From Vulcanimicrobiota bacterium (GTDB taxonomy: Bacteria > Vulcanimicrobiota > Vulcanimicrobiia > Vulcanimicrobiales > Vulcanimicrobiaceae): 64,000 nt of DNA. The stretch covers positions 448,001 to 512,000 of the forward strand of contig CAWHWQ010000001.1 of assembly GCA_963833095.1 (NCBI GenBank), given 5' to 3'. A program made the position numbers and the translations under genes. This document shows positions 42,275 through 51,738 of this stretch, one piece after another. Each line of letters starts with the position of its first letter. The first letter of the stretch is position 1. Under the pieces are notes generated by a model. The model had not been told where the DNA came from. It searched no databases and was given only the letters and a program-made list of their open reading frames with translations.

Positions 42275-43186
42275 ATGGATTCGCAGATCAAAGCACAGTT
42301 CCCCGACGAGCAATCCGCCGACGGCGAGTTCGTTCGCCAAGAAGATCACTTCCGTGGCTGGGTCTCGGCCGATGGGCACAGCGGCTTCCCGGCCGTCGCC
42401 GGTCGATACCAGCTCTTTGTTTCACTTGCCTGCCCGTGGGCGCATCGCACGATCATCATGCGCAAGCTCAAGCGCCTCGACGCTGCGATTCCGATGACGA
42501 TCGTCGATCCGATTCGCGACGAACGAGGCTGGCGCTACGGTACCCATTTCTTGAGCGAACTCTACGCGGCGAGCGATCCGACCTATCGTGGCCGAGTGAC
42601 AGTCCCAGTGCTCTGGGACATGCAAACCAAACGGATCGTCAGCAACAACGACGATGACATCCTACGGATGTTTGAAACCGAGTTCGACGCGATCGGCGAC
42701 CCCGAGCCGGATTTTTATCCGCGCGAATATCGCACCGAGATCGACGCGCTCAACGCGGAGATCTTCCACGAGCTCAACGACGGCGTCTATCAGGCCGGCT
42801 TCGCCACCAGCCAGTCCGCGTACGAAGAAGCCGCCTACCGCGTCTTCGCGATGCTGGATCGTTTGGAGGAGCGTCTTACGACGCGGCGCTTTCTCTTCGG
42901 CAAGAAACCGGTTGAGACCGATTGGCGCGCGTTTGTGACGCTGATTCGCTTCGATCCGGTCTATTACGGTCACTTCAAGTGCAATCTGCGCCGGATCGTG
43001 GACTACCCCAATCTCTACGGCTACCTACGCGATCTCTACCAGTATCCTGGCGTCGCGCAGACGGTCGACTTCGATCACATCAAGCGCCACTACTACTACA
43101 CTCACGACGACATCAATCCGACCCGCATCGTGCCGATCGGCCCGCTACAATATCTCGAGATGCCCGCGCTCCGCGAACATCTTTAG
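42275..43186 (+). CDS. Glutathionyl-hydroquinone reductase (YqjG/Xi-class GST)
   Basis: SLACPWAHR, VTVPVLWD, RFDPVYYGHFKCN, HIKRHYY. Confidence 0.9.
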   Translation: MDSQIKAQFPDEQSADGEFVRQEDHFRGWVSADGHSGFPAVAGRYQLFVSLACPWAHRTIIMRKLKRLDAAIPMTIVDPIRDERGWRYGTHFLSELYAASDPTYRGRVTVPVLWDMQTKRIVSNNDDDILRMFETEFDAIGDPEPDFYPREYRTEIDALNAEIFHELNDGVYQAGFATSQSAYEEAAYRVFAMLDRLEERLTTRRFLFGKKPVETDWRAFVTLIRFDPVYYGHFKCNLRRIVDYPNLYGYLRDLYQYPGVAQTVDFDHIKRHYYYTHDDINPTRIVPIGPLQYLEMPALREHL

Positions 43187-43443
43187 GAGCCGCAGCCGAT
43201 TGCGGCGAGCTGCTCGGCAGCAATTCCCTCAACGTTGAAGCTCTTAAACGGACTGCGTCCGCCTTGAATCAACCGCACACGCGAGGGCGCAATGCGCAGC
43301 TCGAGCGCGATTGCCTTCACGCACGCGTCATTCGCGGCCCCCTCGATCGCTTTCTCGCGCACTTTGAGGACCAGCTCGTCGCCAATCCGCGAGAACCCGG
43401 GCTTCGGCGATCCCGGCTTCACGTGCACACGCAGGATGCCCAC
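43183..43443 (-). CDS. DUF167/YggU family protein
   Basis: VHVKPGS, EGAAN, GGRSPFK. Confidence 0.82.
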   Translation of the reverse strand: MGILRVHVKPGSPKPGFSRIGDELVLKVREKAIEGAANDACVKAIALELRIAPSRVRLIQGGRSPFKSFNVEGIAAEQLAAIGCGS

Positions 43444-43448
43444 CGGCG

Positions 43449-43838
43449 CTAGCGGCTGGCCAAACGCACGAGCGTAACGCCGGCAGCTGCGGCGAGGAAT
43501 CCGAAGCCGACCGATGACGCAAGATAGACAAGCGCCGGGAAAACGCCCTGTTCGAGCAACGTGAACGCTTCAAGCGAAAACGACGAAAAGGTCGTGTAAC
43601 CGCCGAGTACGCCGGTCGCGAGCAAAACACGAAGAAATGGGGTCATACCTAGCGCGCGCGTCGCAGCCAGCTGCGCGATGATGCCGATGCAGAAGCTTCC
43701 CGATACGTTGATGAAAAGCGTGCCGTAAGGAAAACCGGGTCCGAGGCGCTGCAGAAAAACTTGCCCGATGACGTAACGCAGCACGCCGCCGATCGCCGCG
43801 CCGACCGCGACCGCGACCACGGCACGCCACTCGATCAC
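43449..43838 (-). CDS. crcB: Fluoride channel Fluc
   Basis: GAAIGGVLRY, FPYGTLFINVSGSF, GVLGGYTTFSSF. Confidence 0.95.
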   Translation of the reverse strand: MIEWRAVVAVAVGAAIGGVLRYVIGQVFLQRLGPGFPYGTLFINVSGSFCIGIIAQLAATRALGMTPFLRVLLATGVLGGYTTFSSFSLEAFTLLEQGVFPALVYLASSVGFGFLAAAAGVTLVRLASR

Positions 43839-44173
43839 GTTTTGCCTCGCGAGATACGCATCAACTCGAGGTTCTCGAGCGTAATCAAACCCTCGCTCAC
43901 CATCGAACGCAGCGTCGGCAGAAAGGCCAGAATCTTCGCCTCTTCTTCGATCACCTCGATGAGGGTCGGCAGGTTCGTCGACTGATCGAAGTTGCGCGCC
44001 GCGTGCACGGTCTTGTGAACGCCGAAGCCTTCGATCCCTTTGAGCACCGTTGCTCCCGCAAATCCCGCCGCCTTGAGCGCTTCGACGAGCGCCATATAAA
44101 GCGGACGGCCATCGAAACGGTCGTCCTCGTCAACGAAGATGCGTAGGAGTTTTCCAGTCGTTCGGTCGGGCAC
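43835..44173 (-). CDS. DUF190 (PII-like fold) protein, copy 1
   Basis: LLRIFVDEDD, GATVLKGIEGFG, NLPTLIEV, EGLITLE; GTGA-coupled to crcB. Confidence 0.88.
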   Translation of the reverse strand: MPDRTTGKLLRIFVDEDDRFDGRPLYMALVEALKAAGFAGATVLKGIEGFGVHKTVHAARNFDQSTNLPTLIEVIEEEAKILAFLPTLRSMVSEGLITLENLELMRISRGKT

Positions 44174-44225
44174 GTTGGCCAATTCCCCCCGCAACCCGCG
44201 ATCGCCCGCAGGGAGGCTTTGCCTG

Positions 44226-44255
44226 TTGCCACGACGGCGCCTCTTCGCGTATAGT
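44226..44255 (+). promoter_or_regulatory. Sigma70-type promoter of the riboswitch leader
   Basis: TTGCCA-18 nt-TATAGT ending 11 nt before the aptamer. Confidence 0.7.
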
Positions 44256-44266
44256 AGTGGCAACTC

Positions 44267-44311
44267 AGCGATGAAGCTCGCTTAACGCCCTCCCGGGCTG
44301 ATGGCTTCTAC
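44267..44311 (+). ncRNA. Fluoride riboswitch (crcB motif) aptamer
   Basis: AGCG-ATG-AAGC-T-CGCT-TAAC-GCCC-TCCC-GGGC-TGATG-GCTTCTAC: P1 AGCG/CGCT, pseudoknot GAAGC/GCTTC, hairpin GCCC/GGGC, conserved GATG and TGATG..CTAC. Confidence 0.92.
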
Positions 44312-44346
44312 TCAAGACCGCCCGTACTTTGAGTGGAGCTTTTTTT
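44304..44346 (+). terminator. Riboswitch expression platform: intrinsic terminator that also occludes a GGAG SD
   Basis: GCTTCTACTCAA pairs with TTGAGTGGAGC (one bulge), followed by T7; the left arm is the aptamer 3' strand. Confidence 0.85.
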
Positions 44347-45295
44347 GTTACAAAGTATCGCGATCAATCTCTGCCAAGTCGCGTTTGTCTGTGGGCTCTC
44401 CCCGCTTGTGGCCGGCATTCTTGCCAAGCTCAAGGAGTTGACGCAGTCCAAGCGCGGGCCCAGTATTTGGCAGCCCTACCGCGACCTGCGCAAGCTCTTC
44501 CAAAAGGACGAGGTCATCTCGAACGAGAGCACGTGGATCTTCCGCGCAACACCGTTCGTCGTCTTCGTTGTCCCCCTCGCCGTCACTCTGCTGATTCCAG
44601 TACTCACGAACTTCCCGCTCTTCTTTGCCTTCGCCGGGGACATGCTCGCAGCGGGCTTCATTCTCGCCCTCTCGGGCTTTTTCTTGACGCTTGCCGCAAT
44701 CGATGCGGGCAACCCCTACGGGGTGATGGGTGCGAGCCGCACACGCATGGTTGGAGTGCTGGTCGAACCCGTGATCATCGTCGCACTTTTCACCGTCTCC
44801 TTCGTTGCGAACTCGACGATTCCGTACATCGTGCAACAGCATTGGGTGACTCCACCGTCCAACTTTTTTTCCGCATCGCACGTACTCGTGCTGATCGCGT
44901 TCTTCATGGTCATCCTAGCCGAAACCGGCCGCATTCCGGTCGATAACCCGAGCGGGCACTTCGAATTGGCGATGATCGATAAATCAAAGACGCTCGAGTT
45001 TTCCGGACCGTCGATGGCGTTGGTCAAGTGGGGCGGCTATATGAAATTTGTCGTCCTCTCGTGCGTATTGCTCAATGTCTTTCTCGCGCCGTGGGGCCTC
45101 TCGCCGTATCCATTACCACTCGCTATTGCGTCCGCCGCATTTTGGATATTCGTGAAGATCCTGGTTCTGATCGGCGTCGTCGTTTTCGTGGAATCGTCGT
45201 TTTCGAAACTTCGGCTCTTTCGCATCGCGGAATTCGTTGGATTCTCTTTCATTGCGTCGGTAACCGCAATGATCACGCAACTCTTACACCTGTGA
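44345..45295 (+). CDS. HyfC/HycD/NuoH-like membrane subunit (start TTG 44345 or GTG 44333)
   Basis: RGPSIWQPYRDLRKLFQK, AETGRIPVDNP, ELAMI, KLRLFR. Confidence 0.9.
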   Translation: MLQSIAINLCQVAFVCGLSPLVAGILAKLKELTQSKRGPSIWQPYRDLRKLFQKDEVISNESTWIFRATPFVVFVVPLAVTLLIPVLTNFPLFFAFAGDMLAAGFILALSGFFLTLAAIDAGNPYGVMGASRTRMVGVLVEPVIIVALFTVSFVANSTIPYIVQQHWVTPPSNFFSASHVLVLIAFFMVILAETGRIPVDNPSGHFELAMIDKSKTLEFSGPSMALVKWGGYMKFVVLSCVLLNVFLAPWGLSPYPLPLAIASAAFWIFVKILVLIGVVVFVESSFSKLRLFRIAEFVGFSFIASVTAMITQLLHL

Positions 45296-45314
45296 GCGCC
45301 GGAGAACACACGAC

Positions 45315-45980
45315 ATGACGACGTGGCTTTACGACCTCAACGCCTTGGTACTCGGATTATTTGTCCTCTGCGCGATCGGCATGGCGGTCATGCGTCAGGT
45401 CGGGGCCTGCTTACAGGTATTCGTAATCCAATCGCTGCTCTTGGCGGCCTCCGCCTTTCTTTTGGGCGGATCGCCGTGGTCATGGCATCTCTTTGCGCTC
45501 GGCTGCGTTACCATCGCGAGCAAAGCCGTACTGATTCCATGGATACTACGCGCGCTGGTGCCGGGCGAGGTCTACGCACGACGCGAACTTTCGCAGGCGA
45601 TCGGCGTTCCGGCAATTCTCTTGGCGACGCTGGCCCTCGTCCTCGCCGGATATGCGTTTGCCCGCCCACTCAATGCGGCGGCGCCAAGTCTCTCCGCTGC
45701 GAACGTTTCGCTGGGGGCTGCAGGCCTCTTTATCGCGCTCCTGTCGCTCGCGGTGCGCCGTGAAGCGGTTCCGCAAATTCTCGGAATCTTGGCGATGGAG
45801 AACGGCGCCTTTCTCGCCGGCATCGCGATTGCTCCGGACTTTCCGCTCATCGCCGAACTCGCGATCGCATTCGATGTTCCGCTGCTCGCGTTCATCGTGG
45901 CGTTGCTCACCCGCGCCGTCTACCATCACATCGGGTCAACCGAGATCGCCAAGCTCTCGACACTGCGGGAGGCCCCGTGA
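45315..45980 (+). CDS. HyfE-like membrane subunit
   Basis: FVIQSLLL, KAVLIPWIL, QILGILAMENG, ELAIAFD. Confidence 0.85.
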   Translation: MTTWLYDLNALVLGLFVLCAIGMAVMRQVGACLQVFVIQSLLLAASAFLLGGSPWSWHLFALGCVTIASKAVLIPWILRALVPGEVYARRELSQAIGVPAILLATLALVLAGYAFARPLNAAAPSLSAANVSLGAAGLFIALLSLAVRREAVPQILGILAMENGAFLAGIAIAPDFPLIAELAIAFDVPLLAFIVALLTRAVYHHIGSTEIAKLSTLREAP

Positions 45981-47404
45981 CCCTACTGCCCTTTGCTATC
46001 GCCGGGACGCCTCTTGCGGCCGCCGCACTTCTCGCGCTGCCGCGAAGCGAACGAATCGCCGGCGTCGTCACGGTGGTCGCGGCATCGCTTTCATTCGTGC
46101 TGGCCGTCACGCTTATTATCGGCGTGCGCTTGCACGGGCCGCTCATTGCAATCCCGCACTTCGTCGAGATCGACGGCTTCGGGGCCCTACTGGCGCTTTT
46201 GATCGCACTCGTTGCCACGACCGCGGCGCTCTTTTCCTACGGCTACATCAGGCACGAAGATCCGAATCCGCGACGCGTCAGGCTCTATTATGCGAATTTC
46301 AATCTCTTCGTCTTCTCTATGCTCACCATTCCGCTCACCGTCGAGCTCGGGATGGTGTGGATCTTCGTCGAGTTGACCACGCTGCTCTCGGTGATGCTCG
46401 TCAGCTATGAAAACACGCGCGCGGCACTCGAAGCGGCCTGGAAGTACATGGTGCTCACGCTGTTGGGTGCGACCGTTGCAGTACTCGGTGTTCTCGTTCT
46501 CTTTTGGGCGCTGCACCAGACCGGATCGACCGACTTCACCTGGAACGGCCTGCTCGCTCATGCGGCAGCGATGCCCCCGGCGCTGGTAAAAGGCGCCTTT
46601 GTTTTGCTCCTGATCGGTTACGGCGCAAAGATCGGCCTCGTTCCGTTGCACACGTGGCTACCTGACGCGCACAGCCAGGCGCCTTCGCCGGTGTGCGCGC
46701 TGCTTTCCGGCATTGAAACGACCGCCGTGCTCTACGTGCTCCTGCGGTTGCGCAACGTCTTTGCGCGTGTTCCTGGAACCCATGTGGGGACGTGGTTTGC
46801 GGTTTTCGGAGCGATCTCCGTCGTCGTGGCGGTGCTGTTAATCGTCCAGACGCGCGATTACAAGCGACTGTTCGCATTTTCGACGGTCGAACACATGGGG
46901 ATCATTCTGGCCGCGGCAAGCCTGGGGACGCCGCTTGGCGACGCCGCCGTCGTCTGGCAGATCGTCGCGCACGCCGTCACCAAATCATTCTCTTTCTACG
47001 CAGCCGGATCGACGCTTCTCGTTACCGGAACGCGGGCGATCGATGAGGTGAGTGGATTGCTCGGGCGCTCGCGTACTGCTGCCGCGGCGCTGATCGCCGG
47101 CGCGCTTGCGATCTCGGGTGCCCCGCCATTCGCGGTCTTCTTGAGTGAACTCGCCGTGCTGCGGGCCGGCATCGATGCGCATGCGTACCTTCTAACAGGA
47201 GTGCTGGCCGTGGCGATCGTGATTGGCTTCTGCGCAATGCTCTGGCACGTCACCGGAATGGTCAGCGGGGAATCGCGACCGAAAGCGCCGGAACAAGCAG
47301 CACTCCCGCGATCCTGTCGCGCGGCGCTGGCAATTGCAGCGGTTCCCATGCTGCTTTTAGGTCTATGGGTTCCGCTCTCGATCGGAACGTTATGGACGCC
47401 GTAA
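45977..47404 (+). CDS. HyfF-like antiporter-type (Mrp/NuoLMN) subunit
   Basis: WIFVELTT, LEAAWKY, GYGAKIGLVPLHTWLPDAHSQAPSPV, KRLFAFSTVEHMG. Confidence 0.9.
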   Translation: MTLLPFAIAGTPLAAAALLALPRSERIAGVVTVVAASLSFVLAVTLIIGVRLHGPLIAIPHFVEIDGFGALLALLIALVATTAALFSYGYIRHEDPNPRRVRLYYANFNLFVFSMLTIPLTVELGMVWIFVELTTLLSVMLVSYENTRAALEAAWKYMVLTLLGATVAVLGVLVLFWALHQTGSTDFTWNGLLAHAAAMPPALVKGAFVLLLIGYGAKIGLVPLHTWLPDAHSQAPSPVCALLSGIETTAVLYVLLRLRNVFARVPGTHVGTWFAVFGAISVVVAVLLIVQTRDYKRLFAFSTVEHMGIILAAASLGTPLGDAAVVWQIVAHAVTKSFSFYAAGSTLLVTGTRAIDEVSGLLGRSRTAAAALIAGALAISGAPPFAVFLSELAVLRAGIDAHAYLLTGVLAVAIVIGFCAMLWHVTGMVSGESRPKAPEQAALPRSCRAALAIAAVPMLLLGLWVPLSIGTLWTP

Positions 47405-48879
47405 TGGTGCCGGCCGAACACCTCGTGGCCGAGGTCGCACGATTACACGCGGAGCAAAAGCGTCTCGGGACGATTGTCGCAACCGAGGCAGCCGGCACGA
47501 TCGTGCTTCGCTATTTTTTCTACGACGTCGCTGCGCCCGACTGGGTGGAGCTTGTCGTCGAGGTGGATCCGGCGCAGCGCTGTGCTCCAAGCATTACCGG
47601 CATCACCATCGCGGCGGATTGGCAAGAGCGCGAGATTGAGGATCTGTTCGGTATCAGCTTCTCCGGCCATCCGCGGCTTGGCGACTTCGTATTACACGAC
47701 GACAAATGGGCCGAAGATCTCGGGCTCATGCGCCCACAGGTTCCCGATGAGGCCATCGCGCAGACGCGCCGGCACTGGGCGCCGCTGCGCGTCCTGCAGG
47801 AAGACGGCGCATTCGTCATGCCGGTTGGGCCGATTTACTCGGGCGATGCAGAGTCCTCGCTCTTCTTGCTCGAGACCGTTGGCGAAGACGTGGTGCGCGC
47901 GGTCCCGCGCCTCTTTTATAAGTTTCGTGCAATCGAGCGACTCGCCCAAGGGCGCAGCATGCAGGACGTGCTGCTGCTCGCCGAGCGATGCAACGGAACC
48001 GCCGCGTTCGGAAATGGGTGGGCCTATTGCCGCGCCGTAGAGTCCGCGCTGGGCGTCCACGTTCCGCCCGAAGCAATCGCATGGCGAACGTTCTTGGCGG
48101 AACTCGAGCGCGTCCGCCACCATGCCGGCGCGATTCGCGCGATCTGCGATTCGACCGCGCTCGGGGTTGCTGCGGCACAAGCCGCCGCATACGAAGAGCG
48201 GCTGCTCCGCGTGAGCGAAGGATTGACCGGGCATCGGTATCTCTTCGGTGCGCTGTGCATCGGCGGCATTTCCTTCACGCCGGAGCGGGCGGACGCCGAA
48301 CATGCGTACGAGTTGGTGCGCGCGCTGATCGATGAGCTGCAACCGTTCCGCGCGCTGCTCGAACGCACGAGCAGCTTTCTGGACCGTATCGAAGCTGTCG
48401 GTGTGATCGGCACGGCGCAGGCGCAGGCCTTCGAACTCGTCGGCCCGATCGCACGCGCAAGCGGTGTTGGGATCGACCTGCGCGTCGCGCAGTTCTACGG
48501 CGTCTACGATGCGCTGACGTTCGAGGTGCCTGTCGAGGAAGAGGGCGATGGGTTTGCGCGCCTGCGCGTGCTCTTCCGCGAAATTGGCGCGTCGGTGCAG
48601 CTGATGGCCCAGTCGTTGCGCCTCCTGAGCGGTGGACCAGTGCGCACGCAAGTTCAGACACGTGACGGGGCGGCGCTAGGATGGACGGAAACGCCGCAGG
48701 GCGCTTCGCTCTGTTGGGTCGCGCTGCGTCCCGACGGCCAGGTGACGCGCTTTCGCATTTCGCCGCCGTCGTTTTGTAATTGGCACGGTTTTCACATTGC
48801 TACCGAAGACTTCGCCTTCCAAGATCTCCCAATTATCCTGGCCACGATGGGCCTTTCGGTCGCTGAAAACGATCGATGA
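47392..48879 (+). CDS. HycE/HyfG-like (NuoC+D) large subunit without NiFe cysteine pairs (Ehr type); alternative start 47404
   Basis: ADWQEREIEDLFG (NuoC-like); L1 position reads ERCNGTAAFG and L2 reads MGLSVAENDR, with no CxxC. Confidence 0.88.
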   Translation: MDAVMVPAEHLVAEVARLHAEQKRLGTIVATEAAGTIVLRYFFYDVAAPDWVELVVEVDPAQRCAPSITGITIAADWQEREIEDLFGISFSGHPRLGDFVLHDDKWAEDLGLMRPQVPDEAIAQTRRHWAPLRVLQEDGAFVMPVGPIYSGDAESSLFLLETVGEDVVRAVPRLFYKFRAIERLAQGRSMQDVLLLAERCNGTAAFGNGWAYCRAVESALGVHVPPEAIAWRTFLAELERVRHHAGAIRAICDSTALGVAAAQAAAYEERLLRVSEGLTGHRYLFGALCIGGISFTPERADAEHAYELVRALIDELQPFRALLERTSSFLDRIEAVGVIGTAQAQAFELVGPIARASGVGIDLRVAQFYGVYDALTFEVPVEEEGDGFARLRVLFREIGASVQLMAQSLRLLSGGPVRTQVQTRDGAALGWTETPQGASLCWVALRPDGQVTRFRISPPSFCNWHGFHIATEDFAFQDLPIILATMGLSVAENDR

Positions 48880-48892
48880 AAGGAGCACGCAC

Positions 48893-49609
48893 ATGAGTTG
48901 GTTTTGGCGTGGGTTGATCGCGGGCACGCGAACCGAACGATATGACGAGTCAAAGCCTGCGCCGGTCGGCACGACGCCGGGGATGCCGGTAACGACGACG
49001 TTCGCGGATCCATCCGCGCCACGCGAACTCGCGACGCTCTGCCCCACCGGCGCGATCGAGGCGCAAGGCGAAACGGCACTCCTCGATCGCGATCGCTGCG
49101 TTCATTGTTTGCGATGCGCACCGAAACGCGGCTCGCAGGCGCTCACCTGGAACGACAGCTTCGCGTGGGCGCACGCGCCGGACGGGAACGCAGTGCGAGC
49201 GCTCCCGGCACGCTTTCGCCGCTCGATGCATGTGCGGGTTGTCGACGCAGGCGACTGCGGATCGTGCCTCAACGAAATAGTCCACCTCAACGACCCTTTC
49301 TATAACATGCACCGGTTTGGTTTTTTCATCACGCCGACGCCACGCCAAGCCGACGTTCTGCTGGTTGTCGGGCCGGTGACGCAACAGATGCGCGAAGCCT
49401 TGCTCACCGCCTATCAAGCAATGCCCGAGCCCAAACGCGTCGTGGCCGTGGGCGTGTGCGCCGTGAGCGGAGGCATATTTGGGCCCAGCGTGATGTGCGC
49501 GGCAGGAGCGGGCGACGTGCTCCCGGTCGACGTCGTGGTGCCGGGCTGCCCTCCTCCGCCTTTGGCTATTCTCAACGCGCTCATGGAGGTCTGCAACCGC
49601 AAGCCGTGA
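48893..49609 (+). CDS. Ferredoxin-like + HycG/NuoB-like small subunit fusion
   Basis: LCPTGAI...CVHCLRC; GDCGSC, GVCAVSGG, PGCPP; AGGAG SD. Confidence 0.88.
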   Translation: MSWFWRGLIAGTRTERYDESKPAPVGTTPGMPVTTTFADPSAPRELATLCPTGAIEAQGETALLDRDRCVHCLRCAPKRGSQALTWNDSFAWAHAPDGNAVRALPARFRRSMHVRVVDAGDCGSCLNEIVHLNDPFYNMHRFGFFITPTPRQADVLLVVGPVTQQMREALLTAYQAMPEPKRVVAVGVCAVSGGIFGPSVMCAAGAGDVLPVDVVVPGCPPPPLAILNALMEVCNRKP

Positions 49610-51738
49610 CGAATTTGCTGCTCGCCGCCTATGCGTCGACGTTTGCCCTTGCACTGCTGGGAGCAATTGCCGCGCTTGTATTTCCGTCGCGCGCGCGCAC
49701 CTTGCTCGCGTGGTTTTCGCTTGCGGCGTCGCTCGCGGCGCTCGCGGCGGGTACCGTCTCATTCTTCGTTCCCGATACCCATGTGGCGCTGTGGGCTCTG
49801 CCCGCGTACGGCCCGCTGTTGCTCAAGACCACGCCGCTGGGCGCGTTCTCGACTTGCATTGCCGCGTTGATCTACGTTCCGGTCTCGATCTACAGCGGCG
49901 CTTACCTTCGGCGCTACGAAGGCGCTTATTCGGTCGCCTCGTTTGCTCTGTGGTACTTCCTGCTCTTCGCGTCGGTCATCGCCGTCTTCGTCTGCGCCGA
50001 CGTCGTCTCGTTTTTCGTCGTCTGGGAAATCGCAGCGATTGCGAGCGCAGCGCTGGTTGCCTTCGAGTGGCGCGACCGCTTGTGCACGCGCGCGGCCTAT
50101 CTCATGCTGGCCATGACGGAGGCCGGTACGGCGACAGCAATCCTCGCGATGTTGATCGTCTTCGCCGGCTCGGGCTCCTATGCGTTTGCACCGGGCGCAG
50201 GCGCGCATCTGCCGCCGCAGCTCGGATGGTCCGCTGCTTTACTTGCGCTCTTCGGTTTTGGCGTGAAGGCTGGGCTTGCGCCGGTGAACTCGTGGCTGCC
50301 GCGCGCCTACCCCGTCGCGCCCGCCAACGTCTCGACGATCCTTTCCGCGATCGTCGTAAATCTCGGTGTGTACGGCATCCTGCTCGTGAACGTCGAATTT
50401 GCGCCGCTGCATTCCCTCGCGTTCGGCGCCCTGATGCTTGCAATCGGCGCCGTTTCAGCTCTCCTCGGCATCCTGTATGCCTCGGTAAGCGATGACGCAA
50501 AAGCAGTCCTGGCCTACAGTTCGATCGAGAATCTGGGAATCGTCGTCGCGGGCATGGGCGCGGGCCTCGTCTTTCTCGACGCAGGGAAGCCCGCCTTCGC
50601 GGCGCTCGGATTTGCCGCTGCACTCTACCACCTGCTAAATCATTCCACGTACAAGGCGTTGTTGTTTCTCGGAATCGGCGTCGTCGATATGCACGCTGGG
50701 ACCCGGAGCATCGATCGTATGGGCGGATTGATCCGGTTGCTGCCCGCGACGGCAGCGTGCGTATTGATCGGTTGTCTTGCGATCTCGGCGATCCCGCCGC
50801 TCAATGGATTTACGAGCGAATGGCTCACACTGCAGTCGCTGCTGCGCAGTTCGGAACTGGCGTCCATTGGGATGCGCGTGACCTTCGCACTCTCCGGCGC
50901 CGTTCTTGCGCTCACCGCAGCACTGGCGATCACCACCTTCGTCAAGATGTTCGGCATGATCTTCCTCGGCGTCGCACGCACGAATTGGGCCGATCGACCG
51001 ATCACCGAAGCTCCCCTTGCGATGCGCGCGGCAATGTATCTCCTGGCCGCCGCGTGCGTGCTACTCGGCATCGGACCGACGTATGTGCTCGGTGTCGTGG
51101 ATCGCGCCTTGCGCGACCTGTCCGGATCGATCGCGTCCTACACGCTCGTTCCGGGATTCCTCTCTCCGTATCCTGGACGGGCACCATTGCCCGCCGGCTT
51201 CGTTGCAACGTTCCACGCATTGGGTGCACAAGTCGGCATGCATGTGGTTCCCGGTCACGGCTTGGTCGTGATGCTGCGCGGCGGCAGCGCAAACCCGGTG
51301 GTGTTTGCGATGTCCACCACCTATCTGTGTCTCATTTTATTCGTACTGTTCACGGCGACATACGCGGGCGTACGTCTGGCTGCGCGCGGTCGCCTCGTGC
51401 AACGTGCGCTCGCGTGGGCAGGCGGACTGCGCGTATTGGCCCCGAGCATGACCTACACGGGTACGGGGTTCTCGAATCCGATCCGCGTGATCTTCGAAGC
51501 GGTGTTCCAACCGGCAACGAACGACGAGCGCGAGACCGTCCAGGAGCATTTTCGTACCGCGATACGGCGCGAACGCCGGAACGACTACATCGGCGACCGG
51601 CTCGTGATAGTACCTGCTACGCGCGCGGTACAGTGGTCTGCGCGCCTGCTCGCCCGCATGCATCACGGCCACCTCGACGCCTACGTGCTCTATGCGCTGT
51701 TCACGCTACTGCTTGCGCTCGGAATCATGTTCGGCTAA
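49606..51738 (+). CDS. HyfB-like antiporter-type subunit
   Basis: FFVVWEI, GFGVKAGLAPVNSWLPRAYP, LAYSSIEN, NHSTYKALLF, PPLNGFTSEW; GTGA overlap. Confidence 0.9.
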   Translation: MTNLLLAAYASTFALALLGAIAALVFPSRARTLLAWFSLAASLAALAAGTVSFFVPDTHVALWALPAYGPLLLKTTPLGAFSTCIAALIYVPVSIYSGAYLRRYEGAYSVASFALWYFLLFASVIAVFVCADVVSFFVVWEIAAIASAALVAFEWRDRLCTRAAYLMLAMTEAGTATAILAMLIVFAGSGSYAFAPGAGAHLPPQLGWSAALLALFGFGVKAGLAPVNSWLPRAYPVAPANVSTILSAIVVNLGVYGILLVNVEFAPLHSLAFGALMLAIGAVSALLGILYASVSDDAKAVLAYSSIENLGIVVAGMGAGLVFLDAGKPAFAALGFAAALYHLLNHSTYKALLFLGIGVVDMHAGTRSIDRMGGLIRLLPATAACVLIGCLAISAIPPLNGFTSEWLTLQSLLRSSELASIGMRVTFALSGAVLALTAALAITTFVKMFGMIFLGVARTNWADRPITEAPLAMRAAMYLLAAACVLLGIGPTYVLGVVDRALRDLSGSIASYTLVPGFLSPYPGRAPLPAGFVATFHALGAQVGMHVVPGHGLVVMLRGGSANPVVFAMSTTYLCLILFVLFTATYAGVRLAARGRLVQRALAWAGGLRVLAPSMTYTGTGFSNPIRVIFEAVFQPATNDERETVQEHFRTAIRRERRNDYIGDRLVIVPATRAVQWSARLLARMHHGHLDAYVLYALFTLLLALGIMFG

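Noticed and set aside
44333..51738. Calling the operon hydrogenase-4 or formate hydrogenlyase
   Set aside because: NiFe CxxC motifs are absent and no maturation or formate dehydrogenase genes are in the window
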